A DNA stretch of 64,000 nt from Somniosus microcephalus (taxonomy: Eukaryota): positions 145,762,001 to 145,826,000 of the forward strand of contig CM126202.1 of the NCBI GenBank assembly GCA_052327205.1, written 5' to 3'. The notes under the pieces are model-generated. The model saw only the letters and a program-made list of their open reading frames with translations, ran no database searches and was not told the origin of the DNA. Positions within the stretch are counted from its first letter, which is position 1. Every line of letters starts with the position of its first letter. Of this stretch, positions 26,344 to 38,105 are shown piece after piece. The position numbers and the translations under genes were made by a program.

Positions 26344-28106
26344 CAACAATAACAACAACAACTTGGGCTACTTTTAGCGCCCTGGAAAAATTAGCGCCCC
26401 CGCGCTGGAAATTGAGTGGTTGCGCCCCAAGAGGGAAGCGGCCCCGCATCCCTCTTGGGGCGCTGCAAGTGAATATTGCGGTGCTATGTGGGGCGCCGCA
26501 GTATTGCAGGCCTTCCTCCCCTTCTTAAAGGGGAGGGGTCTTGCGCAGCGCGACCCGGGGCCCAGCTGGTCCCCCGGGGATCGGGAGTGCCGGCAAAAGA
26601 GCCCGGCCCTCAAGAGAAGTGCTGGATTCTTGGAGCACAGCCGGCACTCCGCAGGGGCGGGGGCTTTCAGGAGGCCGGGGACGGGAATGGAGGCAGGTGC
26701 TGGCAGGCGGCCAGCAACAAAAATGGTCGCCCCGCACCTCGCCTTTAAATTGTACCTCCCCGGCCACAGGTAGGCCCCCCGACCCCATCGGACATAGCGT
26801 CCGGCAGTAAGTCAGGGGGCGCTCCCAAAAATCGCAGCCGGGGCGCGAGCGGGGCACTGCACACGGTGATTACGTCATTGCTGGCGGTGCAGCACCACAG
26901 GGCGCTACTGGTTAGCGCCACAGCTAACCTCATGCTGAATTTCGCGGGAGGTGTGGGCGGTGCCGCGCCCGGGCGTTAATTGCTTTGCACCCCGTTAGCG
27001 CCCTAAGAGGGCACTAACGGGAGGCGCAAAGCAACCCAACTTTTCCCCCTTTGTATTTATATAGCGCCTTTAATGTAGTTAAACTTCCCAAGGCAATTCG
27101 CAGGAGTATTATAAGACAAAAAATTTGATACTGAGCCACATAAGGAGAAATTAGAGCAGATGATCAAAAGCTTGGTCAAAGAGGTAGGTTTTAAGGAGCG
27201 TCTTAAAGGAGAAAACAGAGGTAGCGAGGTGGAGAGGTTTAGGCGGGGAATTTCAGAGCTTAGGGCCTAGGCAACAGAAGGCACGGCCACCAATGGTTGA
27301 TTGATTATAATCAGGGATGCTCAAGAGGGCTGAATTTGAGGAGCGCAGATATCTTGGGGGGTAGTGCAGCTGGAGGAGATTACAGAGATAAGGAGGGGCA
27401 AGGCCATGGAGGGATTTGAAAACAAGGATGAGAATCTTGAAATCGAGGTGTTGCTTATCCAGGAGCCAATATAGGTCAGTGAGCACAGGGGTAATCGGTG
27501 AACAGGACTTGGTGCGAGTTAGGACATGGGCAGCCGAGTTTTGGATGACCTCAAGTTTAGGTAGGGTAGAACGTGGGCGGCCAGCCAGGAGTGCTTTGGA
27601 AGAGTCAAGTCTAGAGGTAACAAAGGCATGGATGAGGGTTTCAGCAGCGGATGAGCTGAGGCAAGGGCGGAGACGGGCGATATTGCGGAGGTGAAAATAG
27701 GCGGTCTTAGTTATGCTGCGGATATCTGGTTGGAAGCTCATTCCAGGGGCAAATATGACACTAAGGTTGCAAACAGTGTGGTTCAGCCTCAGACAAATGT
27801 TATGGAGAGGGATGGAGTCAGTGGCTAGGGAACGGAGTTTGTGGCGGGGACCGAAAACAATGACTTTGGTCTTCCCAATATTCAATTGGAGAACATTTTT
27901 ACTCATTCAGAACTGGATGTCGGACAAGCAGTGTGACAATTTAGAGACCGTGGAGGGGTCGAGAGAAGTGGTGGTGAGCTGGGTGTCATCAGCATACAGA
28001 AACTGACCTTGTGTTTTCGGATGATGTTGCCAAGGGGCAGCATGTAAATGAGAAATAGGAGGGGGCCAAGGATAGATCGTTGGGGAACACCAGAGATAAC
28101 AATGCA
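26344..28106 (-). mobile_element. 5'-truncated L2-clade LINE, interrupted near its tail by a MITE
   Basis: (CAA)n tail; RT motifs [10 protein letters not shown] and YADDTQL; C-terminal LIHAFVTSRLD...IQNSAAHVL; homologous to 58409-60730. Confidence 0.9.
26366..27050. mobile_element. GC-rich non-autonomous DNA element (~685 bp) inserted in the L2 tail
   Basis: Interrupts AACTTGTATTT (intact at ~58419) with TTG duplicated; imperfect termini; repeated TAGCGCC motifs shared with the 32928/54341 family. Confidence 0.75.
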
Positions 28107-28780
28107 GGACAAGTAAAGAAACAAAAGTTGGGTCTAGAGGAGGTGTAAATAGGAATATCAGATTCATCAGCAACAGCTGCTGTCCGAAAAAATGGGGGCA
28201 GAGGTTATGATCTACAATTGTTGAACTCAAACTTGTACCTAATAGAAAAATGAGGTGCTGTTCCTTGAGCTTACGTTGAGCTTCGTTGGAACAGTGTAGG
28301 AGGCCGAGGACAGAGAGGTCTGAGTGGAAGTGGGGCAGAGAATTAAAATGACAGGTGACCGGAAGTTCAGAGTCACGCTTGCGGACTGAACAGATGAGTT
28401 CCGCAAAGCGGTCACCCAATCTGCGTTTGGTCTCCCCAATGTAGAGGAGTCCGCATGGTTAGCAGTGAATACAGAATACTAAATTAAAAGAAGTACAAGT
28501 AAATCGCTGTTTCACCTGGAAGGAGTGTTTGCGGTCCTGGGCGGTGGGAAGGGGGGAGGTAAAAGGGCAGGTGTTGCATCTCCTGCGCTTACATAGGAAG
28601 GTGCTGTGGGAAGAGGAGTGGTTATTGTGGGTGATAGAGGAGTGGACCAGGGTGTCGTGGAGGGAATGGTCCCTTTGGAATGCTGAATGGGAAAGGGGGA
28701 AATGTGTTTGGTGGTGGGATCACACTGGCGGTGGTGGAAATGGCGGAGGATGATCCATTGAATGTGGAGGCTGGTGGGTG
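28107..28780 (-). mobile_element. Penelope-like element fragment encoding a degenerate GIY-YIG endonuclease
   Basis: Minus-strand translation includes RRCNTCPF, CGLLYIGETKRRLGDRFAE, PVTCHFN and RKLKEQHLIFLLGT. Confidence 0.85.
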
Positions 28781-31700
28781 GAAACATAGAAGATAGGAGC
28801 AGGAGTAGGCCATTCGGCCCCTCGAGCCTGCTCCACCATGCAATGAGATCATGGCTGATCATCCAAATTCAACACCCTGTCCCTGCTTTCTCCCCATATC
28901 CCTTGATCCATTTAGCCTTAAGAAATATATCTAACTCCTTCTTGAATATATTTAATGAATTGGCCTCAACTGCCTTCTGTGGTAGAGAATTCCACAGGTT
29001 CACCACTCTCTGAGTGAAGAAATTCCTCCTCATCTCAGTCCTAAATGGCTTACCCCTTATCCTTAGCCTGTGACCCCTGGTTCTGGACTCTCCCGCCATC
29101 GGGAACATCCTTCCTGCATCTAGTCTGTCTAGTCTTGTTAGAATTTTATAAGTTTCAATGAGATCCCCTCTCATTCTTCTAAACTACAGCGAATATAAGC
29201 CTAATCGACCCATACTCTCCTCATACGTCATTCCTGCCATCCCAGGTGAATCTTCGCTGCACTCCCTCCATGGCAAGACCATCCTTCCTCAGATAAGGCG
29301 ACCAAAACTGTACACAATACTCAAGGTGTGGTCTCACCAAGGCCCTGTACAACTGCAGCAAGACATCCTTGCTCCTGCACTCGAATCCTATCACTATGAA
29401 GGCCAACATACCATTTGCCCTCTTAACCGCCTGCTGTACCTGCATGCTTGCCTTCAGCAACTGGTGCACAAGGACACCCAGGTCTCGTTGCACTTCCCTT
29501 TTTCCCAATCTATTGCCGTTCAGATGATAATCTGCCTTGTTTTTGCCACCAAAGTGGATAACCTCGCATTTATCCACATTATACTGCATCTGCCATGCAT
29601 CTGCCCAATCACCCAGCCTGTCCAAATCATACTGGAGTTTCTCTGCATCCTCCTCACAGCACACACACCCACCCAGCTTTGTGTTGTCTGCAAACTTGGA
29701 GGTATTACATCTAGTTCCCTTGTCTAGATAATTAATATATAATAGGCCAGTAATTCCTTTCCCAACGCGTGAGTACGGTCGGGGTACTCACGCGTCTGGC
29801 CGGAGGAAATGCCGGTTTTCAGCATGCACAGCGCATGCGGGGAAAACCGGCATTTCCTGCCCTCTGAACAAAGGGGTTCAGAGGCAGAACGCGCGTGACT
29901 GCACAGGCAGCGCGTGCGCAGTAAAATTCCTTTTTATTCTTCAAAGTTGCGCGCGTGTAAAGACCTCCGGTCTTTACACGTGGAAAAACAAGATGTAAGT
30001 ATTTAGTTTTTCAGGTAAGTGGGCTTTTAGTACAATGTAGAAATTTTTTTTCCACAGGTTTGTTATTTTTAAAGAATTTACAGGATGGTAAGTTTAGTTT
30101 TAGACCCTATTTTTTAAAAATTTATTTTTTTCAAAAAATTGATTAATTGTTTAAAACATTTTTTATAACGTATTTATACTTATTATAATCAGCGGGAAGT
30201 TTTTTAAAATTTTATTCAAAGTTAAAGTAGTGTTTTGGCAGCCCATACTTTTCATGAATGAGTTTCCCCTCCCCTTAGTTGGCTGCACAGTGCTCACCTG
30301 ATCCCAGCCGGCACATCGCACTAACTACACCGCTGGATCAGGTTAGCACAGCGCGCCGACAACTGAACCAGGCCTGTGAAAGGAAATGCAAGCAGGCCTG
30401 GGCTTCAGATGTCGGCGCGCAGGGTGAGTGCAGATCGGGGGCTTGCACGCGCGGCAAGCCCCCGATCTAATTTCAGGGCTATTGTGAATAGCTGGGGTCC
30501 TAGCACCGATCCCTGCGGTACCCCACTAGTCACTGCCTGCCACTTGGAAAAGACTCGATTATTCCAACTCTTTGCTTCCTGTCTGCCAACCAGTTCTCTA
30601 TCCAAGTCAGTACCTTACCCCCAATCCCATGTGCTTTTACTGTGCACGCTAATCTCTTCTGCGGGACCTTATTGAAAGCCTTCTGAATGTCCAAATACAC
30701 CACATCCACTAGTTCTCCCTTATCTATTCTACCAGTTACATCCTCAAAAAATTCCAGTAGATTAGTCAAGCATGATTTACCTTTTGTAAATCCATGTTGA
30801 CTTTGTCCGATCCTGTCACTGTTTTCCAAGTGCTCTGCTATTACATCTTTTATAATGGACTCTAGCATTTTCCCCACTGACCAATGTCAGGCTTATCGGT
30901 CTATAATTCCCCATTTTCTCTCTTCCACCTTTTTTAAATAGTGGGGTTACATTAGCTACCCTCCAATCCATGGGAACTGTTCCTGAGTCTATAGAATTTT
31001 GGAAGATGACCAGCAATGCCTCTACTATTTCTAGAGCCACTTCCTTAAGTACCCTAGGATGTAGATTATCAGGCCCTGGGGATTTATCGGCCTTCAATCT
31101 CATCAATTTCCCTAACACCATTTCCCTACAAATGGTGATTTCATTCAGTTCCTCCCTCTCATCAGACCCTATGTTCCCCGACATCTCTGGGAGGTTATTT
31201 GTGTCCTCCTTTGTGAAGACAGAACCAAAGTATGTATATAACTGGTAGGCCATTTGTTTGTTCCCCATTATAAATTCCCCTGGTTCTGACTGCAAGTGAC
31301 CTACGCTTGACTTCACCAATCTTTTTCTCTTCACATATCTATAGAAGCTTTTACATTCAGTTATTATGTTCCCTGATGGCTTACTCTCATACTCTGTTTT
31401 CCCCCACTTAATTAATCCCTTTTCCTCCTTTGCTGAATCCTAAACTGCTCCCAATCCTCAGGTTTGCTGCTTTTTCTGGCCAATTTATATGTCCTCACCT
31501 TGGATCTTATGCTGTCCCTAATTTCCCTTGTTAGCCACGGTTGAGTCACCTTTTCTGTTTTATTTTTATGCCAAACAGGGATGAATAAATTCTGTAGTTC
31601 ATCCATGCGATCTTGAAATGTTTGCCATTGTCTATCCACCGTCAACCCTTTAAGTAACATTCCCCAATCCATCCTAGCCAATTCGCGTCTTATACCATCA

Positions 31701-32215
31701 TAGTTTCCTTTATTTAAATTCAGGACCCTAGTCTCTGAGTCAACTACTTCACTCTCCATCTTAATGAAGAATTTGATCATATTATGATCGCTCTGACCCA
31801 AGGGGCCTCGCACAACAAGATTGCTAATTAATCCTTTCTCATTACATAATACTCAGTCTAAAATGGCCTGATCTCTAGTTGGTTCTTCGACATATTGGTC
31901 CAGGAAACCATCCCGTATACACTCTAGGAATTCCTCCTCCACGGTATTGTTACTAATTTGGTTAGCCCAATCTATATGTCGATTAAAGTCACCCATGATA
32001 ACTGCTGTGCCCTTACTGCACGCATCTCTAATTTCCCATTTAATGCCATCCCCAACCTCAGCATTACTGTTTGGAGGTCTGTATACCACTCCCACTAATG
32101 TTTTCTACCCCTTGGTATTTCTCAGCTTTACCCATACAGATCCCACATCATCAGAGCTAATATCCTTCCTTACTATTGTGTTATTCTCCTCTTTAACTAG
32201 CAATGCCCACCCCTG
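28781..32215 (-). mobile_element. 5'-truncated CR1-clade LINE (HER1-like), degenerate ORF2, interrupted by a MITE
   Basis: APE motifs GVVYRPPN, GDFN, SDH; RT motifs KSPGPD, NYRPISL, GVPQGSVLGP; C-terminal RPHLEYCVQFWSP and RRNFFTQRVVNLWNSLP; tail similar to the HE1 SINE tail. Confidence 0.93.
29744..30480. mobile_element. Non-autonomous DNA element (PIF/Harbinger-like MITE) inside the CR1
   Basis: Splits CR1 RT sequence; ends AGGCCAGTAATT...AATTTCAGGGCT; flanks AAT/ATT; GC-rich arms around an AT-rich core; related to 40022-40212 and 43179-43942. Confidence 0.8.
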
Positions 32216-32927
32216 CTTTTATGTCTAGGTTTAGAACAGATGTAGCTTCCATTATGGCCCTCCCAAAGACCCCAAAATACCAGAGGGAAAATTTAGCCAC
32301 TCCTGAAGCGAATTGATCACCTTGAACAGACAGCCTGTTAGCTCCATTTGGGACCTGAAGAGTTGAGCAACTCTTTTCTCTGCAGCCTTTACCAGACTTT
32401 CTGCACTGCTTCAAAATTCTAAGCCTCCATCAGGGTGCGTGATGCTGATCCACCCTTACAGGCATGATGTGCCTACCCCAAACATGCTAATAACCCCCAT
32501 TCCCACAATTTGGAATGGGGTCACCGTCCTGCAGAATTGGGGGTCTTGGGTCCTGCTCTGCCACATTTCTGCCCATTGAGTGGGGCAATCGGAATTCTGG
32601 GCCCCAGGTTTTTAACAATAAACAGGTACTGTGGTACAGGTTGGCCACACAACTCTACAATAGCTTTTTGCCCATCTTTTCCTTTACTGAATCTTCCAGG
32701 TCTTGTCTTATATATCCAACTTCCCCCTTTCCTTCTTCAGGGGCAGAAGGAGTCACTATTCCACCTTCCCACAGCACTGTCAGCCCCTCAATGTGTAACT
32801 GAAAGTTCCTAATCAATATCTAATTGCTGGCTGCTTTTCAATTCCACAGCTGTGCTTGGTGTGACTTGATAGTACCACTGAAGCATTATTCATAAGCAAT
32901 GTTAAAACTACACCAATACTATACTTT

Positions 32928-33614
32928 CGGCTGAAAATTCAGTAGCCTTAGCGCCTCATTTGAGGCGCTAGAGGGCCTTGCGCCGGAGTTATGGCCAGTA
33001 GTGAAATTCCCTGGGGCCCTAAATCGGCGTTGCTCCGGTAGCGCTGCGCCGGCACCGATGACGTCATCGGTGTGCGCAGCGTCCCGGTTGCCGTGGTAAC
33101 CCGCCCGAACTCTGAAATTGAGTTGCGGCCGCCTCGCCTGTGGCAGCCGCAACCAGCGTTTTGTCAGAGGTGCCTTACTGCAGTTAGCGCCGGCGCATTA
33201 AAGGCCCCGCGGCGGCCGGCCGCTTTCCCGCCGGCCGCCTTCCCACAGCTCCCTCCCCGGACTTCTCTCCCCCCCCCCCCCCGGAACAGATGCAAGCCCG
33301 GCACTTGTCCGAGGCGCCGGGCTCATTTTTAAGCAGATTTGCGCGGGCCGCGGCCGGGTGCAGGCAGCTCCTCCTTAACGGAAGGAGGAGGCCTGCACTT
33401 CCCCAGCCTGCCGCACCGCATCGGGTGCTGCAGCGCCGGAATTGTGGCGCGAAACGGCAGTTAGCGCCCTTTTCCAGGCGCTAAGACCCTTCAGTAGCGC
33501 CGGCAGCCGTTTGGGCGCGGCGCCACTGAATTTTTGGCGCGCGCAGGGGACTTAGCGCCGGCACTAATTTCCGGCGCTAAAGCCCTGGCTAAGCCAAAAC
33601 CCAATTTCTAGGCC
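32928..33614. mobile_element. GC-rich non-autonomous DNA element, copy 1
   Basis: Closely similar to 54341-55025 along its length; right end AATTTCTAGGCC. Confidence 0.85.
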
Positions 33615-34576
33615 AAATGTTTCATGCAAGGGCCTCACTATTTTTGCTATTTACACCTGTTTATTTCTATCTATTCAGCATCATCTCAGCTGCTTCTATT
33701 TCATATAGGACCTTCTCCCACATTCCATCTTTGAAGCAACCAAGCTAAACCTATCATTAAAATAGGTTTCTAATGACAAATTAATTTGTATGCTCATGGT
33801 GATCTTTTTCTTATCAAGTGAATTCTAATTTATGCCCATAATTAAATGTTCTCTTTTTGTGATATCTGTATAGAAGTAAGCGTACAAAATATTTTTCCCA
33901 TTGAACAGTAAACAGGAAATAGAGGTTCTCAAAGCACTCTGTGTTATTGGAATAACCGTATTCACTGATTTATGTTTGTGTTTAGTAATCTCCAAAAAGA
34001 TTGAAAGCAATGAAAAGACACTTATGATATGAACCTTTCATGTTTTTGTCATTAGTTTTGCCTGGGCTCTTTAATATAGAGTTCTAAAGAAAACAAAAAT
34101 ACTTCTCCAGTTTTCACAATAAATTAATCTTCTTAGGCTTTAAACTCCACTTGACTGTCTGTTGTACAACATAAAAGACTGAGCATGCTACTTCACTTTC
34201 ATTTATTCCTCATTAATTTTAACTGATTGGTGCGACTTTATGCTTGTTGTGATTCTCAGGGAAACAATGTAAGTGAAGTGCAGTGAATAGTCTTATCCCA
34301 TTCACATGGGCAGTGTTATAGTCACCTGTGGTGATGGTGCTCCAGTTTCTTCTGAAACTCGGAACATGAATGTGCATGCACAGGCACATATGCACAGTGC
34401 CACAGTGTGGGCATGCTCCACACATTTAAATCTACTTACAGGTGACAAACTACTGCCCTGGGGAAGCATTGGTCTTGGGCTGCATGATGTACATTGGTTT
34501 CTGAAAAACTATGACATTTGGGGCTGTTATACTGGAACTGGCACAGCCCTACTCCAGGGGCTGAAGTAGAATCATT

Positions 34577-34750
34577 GGGGGTGAATATCCATGGGAGATT
34601 TCCTGTTCGTCTGCCATAGCTTTAATGGAAGAGCCACAGAAATCCCACAAGAGGTGAAAATGTTGCGTACGCTGTTTTTACGGGAGTTTTGCGGTCCTTT
34701 CACCAATGTTATGGTGGATGAGCAGGAGAATCCCTTTGGAAATTCACCCT
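34577..34750. mobile_element. Short MITE with ATT target duplication
   Basis: Ends GGGTGAATATCC...GGAAATTCACCC; ATT at 34574-34576 and 34751-34753. Confidence 0.7.
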
Positions 34751-34780
34751 ATTATATCAACATCTTTCATGATTGTGTTA

Positions 34781-34845
34781 TCACAGAAATCACAGAAACC
34801 CCACAGTGCAGATAGAGGCCATTTCGGCCCATCAAGCCTGCACAA
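34781..34845 (-). mobile_element. HE1-like SINE 3' tail fragment
   Basis: Matches the tail of the SINEs at 58613 and 62691 (TCACAGAAA repeats, AGAGGCCATTTCGGCCCATC). Confidence 0.8.
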
Positions 34846-34870
34846 ACAATACACTAACACCAGAGATGAA

Positions 34871-35496
34871 GGGGTGGAAATTGGTCCGGTTTCAGATTCA
34901 TAACTGATGGCATGCACAGAATGCACGTTCTAACTGGTGGCTCAAAATTGGGCCATAGGCCTCATTTCAATCATTTAGGCAAGCTGCCGGCACCTGTTGC
35001 TTCTCCAGAGGCAGCTCGTCTATTTGAAGCAGATGAATTTCAGGCCATTTGCCTTGCCAACAGCAGCCCTCAGGGGAAGGAATGGACAGCAGGAGGAGAG
35101 CCAATTGTGGGTTGGCAGTGACCCTGGGGAGTGCTGTGGAGCAGGGAGGAGTACTCCTGCTTCTCCTGCTCCAGATCAACCTTAAAAAAAAGTGCCTACC
35201 TTTCTGGTGGCCGCATCCACGTTCGGAAAACCTGTGCAGCTCAATCTCTCGGAGGGGACCTAAAACAAGCCTTTTTATTATTATTTATTTAAAATTAGGC
35301 CTCTCATTAATATTTGCAAGGGGAATAAAACCTGTTTTAGGCAGCCACTAGGAATGCCTGAAAAATTGTCAGACCCAATTTGGGGCCGGATGTATTTCAG
35401 GCACCCTTAGATCGTAGGAGTTAGCACTGTGAAATTTGCTTTTGAGTCCCATTCTGCACCCAAAAAACGGGTGCAGCAGGATCCAATTTCTACACC
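34871..35496. mobile_element. Probable MITE of the GG..AATT-terminus class
   Basis: Ends GGGGTGGAAATTGG...CCAATTTCTACACC; no clean TSD. Confidence 0.55.
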
Positions 35497-36088
35497 AAAA
35501 AGTTAGACAACAATGTTTGTCCCAGCCGTAAATTCATCAGATCCAATTGAAAAACTCCCAACAAATAGACAACATATCAGATTAACATCCACATAAGCCA
35601 CATGCAAAAGCTCAGGTCACATCATTTCTTACAAAAAAAACACAAAGTTGAAACTTGGATAATCATGGATACCAGAATTTTAACAGTATTTCAACATCCT
35701 TAAATGGAGAAAATAAGGCATTTGATTTTTACAAGCACTGCCTCTGCAAATATGCTTGAGGATGTAACCTTGCAGTTGAGCCCTGTGTGCAGGGGGTGTG
35801 GAAGCTTTTAATTGCCTCCATATGCCATTAGCATGCAGCTTTATTTTCATTTGTACTTGTCTCCAGATTAACTGGTGCATTTTTACCCATGAGCACTTTT
35901 GTAATAAACATCAACAAAATGTGAAGTTTGCATGTGTTGCAAATATGAGCACTGTGTGTGTTTGATATTGGATAGTTTAAAATGATACATGGCTACACAC
36001 ATTGGGGGTACTTTTAATGCCCAAAAACCAATGGGGTGGGGGGGGGGGGGGAGTTAAAATTTTCAAAATTTCAAACCCGAGTGGAACC

Positions 36089-38105
36089 TGTAGTGTATGT
36101 ACTTTGCAGAAGGAACTATATTCTGCAGCCCCTGTATACTGCAGTACGAGTAGTGACCACCCCTGTATATAAGCCTGTATAGTAACTTTGCATAGCTAGT
36201 TCCAGTTTGTCTCCACTGAGTAAAGACCTGTTATAACCAACTCCTGCAGTCCGTGTCTCAATTACACATGGACATAATACTGGCGATGAGTAGATCCGAA
36301 CTTACCTACAGTCTGCACCACCTCATGGGGGTCCATCCCTGAAGCGAAGTTGTCAGAGGCCGAGGCCAGAAGAAAGAAAAAATAAATAAATAAATAAATA
36401 AATAAAATGATCAGAAGACCATAGGGCGTCGCCATCAAGGCATAAAACGCCAGCAACAGCGCTAGCAGCAGCGGAGAAGACGGAAAGCGCGGGAGGTGCC
36501 ATTTTGTTAAATCGGGGAAGAAGGCAAAGCGCGGGAGGCGCCATTTTGTTAAATCGGGGAAGAAGGCAAAGCACGGGAGACGCCATCTTAGATTTCCAAG
36601 ATGCCGAAGACTGGCAATATCACTGCCTTCGATAATGCAATAGAAGACTGGACCACGTATGTGGAAAGAGTCGAAGTATATTGTGAGGCAAACGAAGTAG
36701 CCGATGAGAAAAAGGCATCGGTACTACTAAACTTAATGGGCGCAAGAACGTACGGCCTATTGCGGAACCTGATTACTCCAGCCAAACCGATGGTGAAGAG
36801 TTTTAACGAAATTGTTGATATCCTACAGGAACACCTAAATCCTACACCGCTGCTGATAGCAGAAAGATTTAAATTCCACAGGAGAAATCAGCATAAAGAT
36901 GAGAGCAATGCTGATTACCTTACGGAACTACGCAAGCTATCAAAGCACTGCCAGTTCGGAGCAGGACTGGCAGATACCCTACGGGACAAATTTGTCTGTG
37001 GACTCCTGAGTGAAGGAACCCAGAAGAGGTTACTCTCAGAGAAAGAGCTGACGCTAGATAAGGCTTTCAGCGTGGCAGTATCGTACGAAGCAGCAGCAAG
37101 GGGAGCTGCGGAAATACAGCAAAAGCCACAGGAATATGGCACCCACGAAATGACACGGGGATTTGAAAAATGTTATCGCTGCAGCAGAACAACCCATGAC
37201 CAGAAGGACTGCTGGTCCAAGGACAAAATATGCAGGCAATGCAGAAAGATGGGACACATTGCACGAGTTTGCAGGTCTGGGAAGAAGACTAACGACAACA
37301 AAAAGGCTACTAAGGAACAGTACAGGAAAGTACAAAAGATGACGGACAGTAGTTCCGAAGACTACGATGCCGCTTGGGTTTGGTTAAGCCAAACATCAGA
37401 AGAGATGTGGAGAACAGGCAGTTTCAGAATATGAATGAAAGGCCAACCAGGAGTTTTAAGATAGGTCAACCAGTTTTGGCCCGGGACTACCGCACAGAGA
37501 AATGGCAGCCAGGAATGATCTGTACATGGCAAGGACCTCTAATGTATACCGTGGACGTTGGAGAGAGCATTGTAAGACGCCATGCTGACCAGATTCTAGA
37601 GTCACTGGAAAACGTCAATTCCACACCATGATCTGATACACCTGGTGATGAAACCGAAGTACCAATTGCATCTACCTCAGAATCGGGAATATTGGAAGCA
37701 GACGAACCCAACAACGACGTTGATTCCGAATCAACTCTGCCAGAAGAATCTGATACCCCAAAGAGGCGTTATCCAGACAGAATCAGGCAGCCTCCTCAAA
37801 GACTGAACTTATAATTGCTTAACTTCAGCTAATGTATATGACAACTGTAATTGTAAATATGTTATTTAATTATTAATCGAATGTTATGTACTGTTTAGCT
37901 AAAAGGGGAGGAATTGTAGTGTATGTACTTTGCAGAAGGAACTATATTCTGCAGCCCCTGTATACTGCAGTACCAGTAGTGACCACCCCTGTATATAAGC
38001 CTGTGTAGTAACTTTGCATAGTTAGTTCCAGTTTGTCTCCACTCAGTAAAGACCTGTTATAACCAACTCCTGCAGTCCGTGTCTCAATTACACACGGACA
38101 TAATA
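36089..38105 (+). mobile_element. Non-autonomous, internally deleted Gypsy (Mag-like) LTR element B (2017 bp)
   Basis: 191-bp LTRs at 36089-36279 and 37915-38105; TSD GAACC at 36084-36088 and 38106-38110; PBS TGGCGATGAG at 36281-36290; PPT AAAAGGGGAGGAA at 37901-37913; lacks PR, RT, RH and the integrase core. Confidence 0.95.
36601..37434 (+). CDS. gag: Uninterrupted Gag (277 aa) of element B, with a short out-of-frame tail from the integrase region
   Basis: Open ORF; two CCHC knuckles (CYRCSRTTHDQKDC, CRQCRKMGHIARVC); highly similar to the gag at 48644-47883. Confidence 0.85.
   Translation: MPKTGNITAFDNAIEDWTTYVERVEVYCEANEVADEKKASVLLNLMGARTYGLLRNLITPAKPMVKSFNEIVDILQEHLNPTPLLIAERFKFHRRNQHKDESNADYLTELRKLSKHCQFGAGLADTLRDKFVCGLLSEGTQKRLLSEKELTLDKAFSVAVSYEAAARGAAEIQQKPQEYGTHEMTRGFEKCYRCSRTTHDQKDCWSKDKICRQCRKMGHIARVCRSGKKTNDNKKATKEQYRKVQKMTDSSSEDYDAAWVWLSQTSEEMWRTGSFRI

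Noticed and set aside
37350-37370. Element B as a spliced subgenomic retrocopy
   Set aside because: The deleted interval lacks GT..AG ends; a 7-nt microhomology explains the junction.
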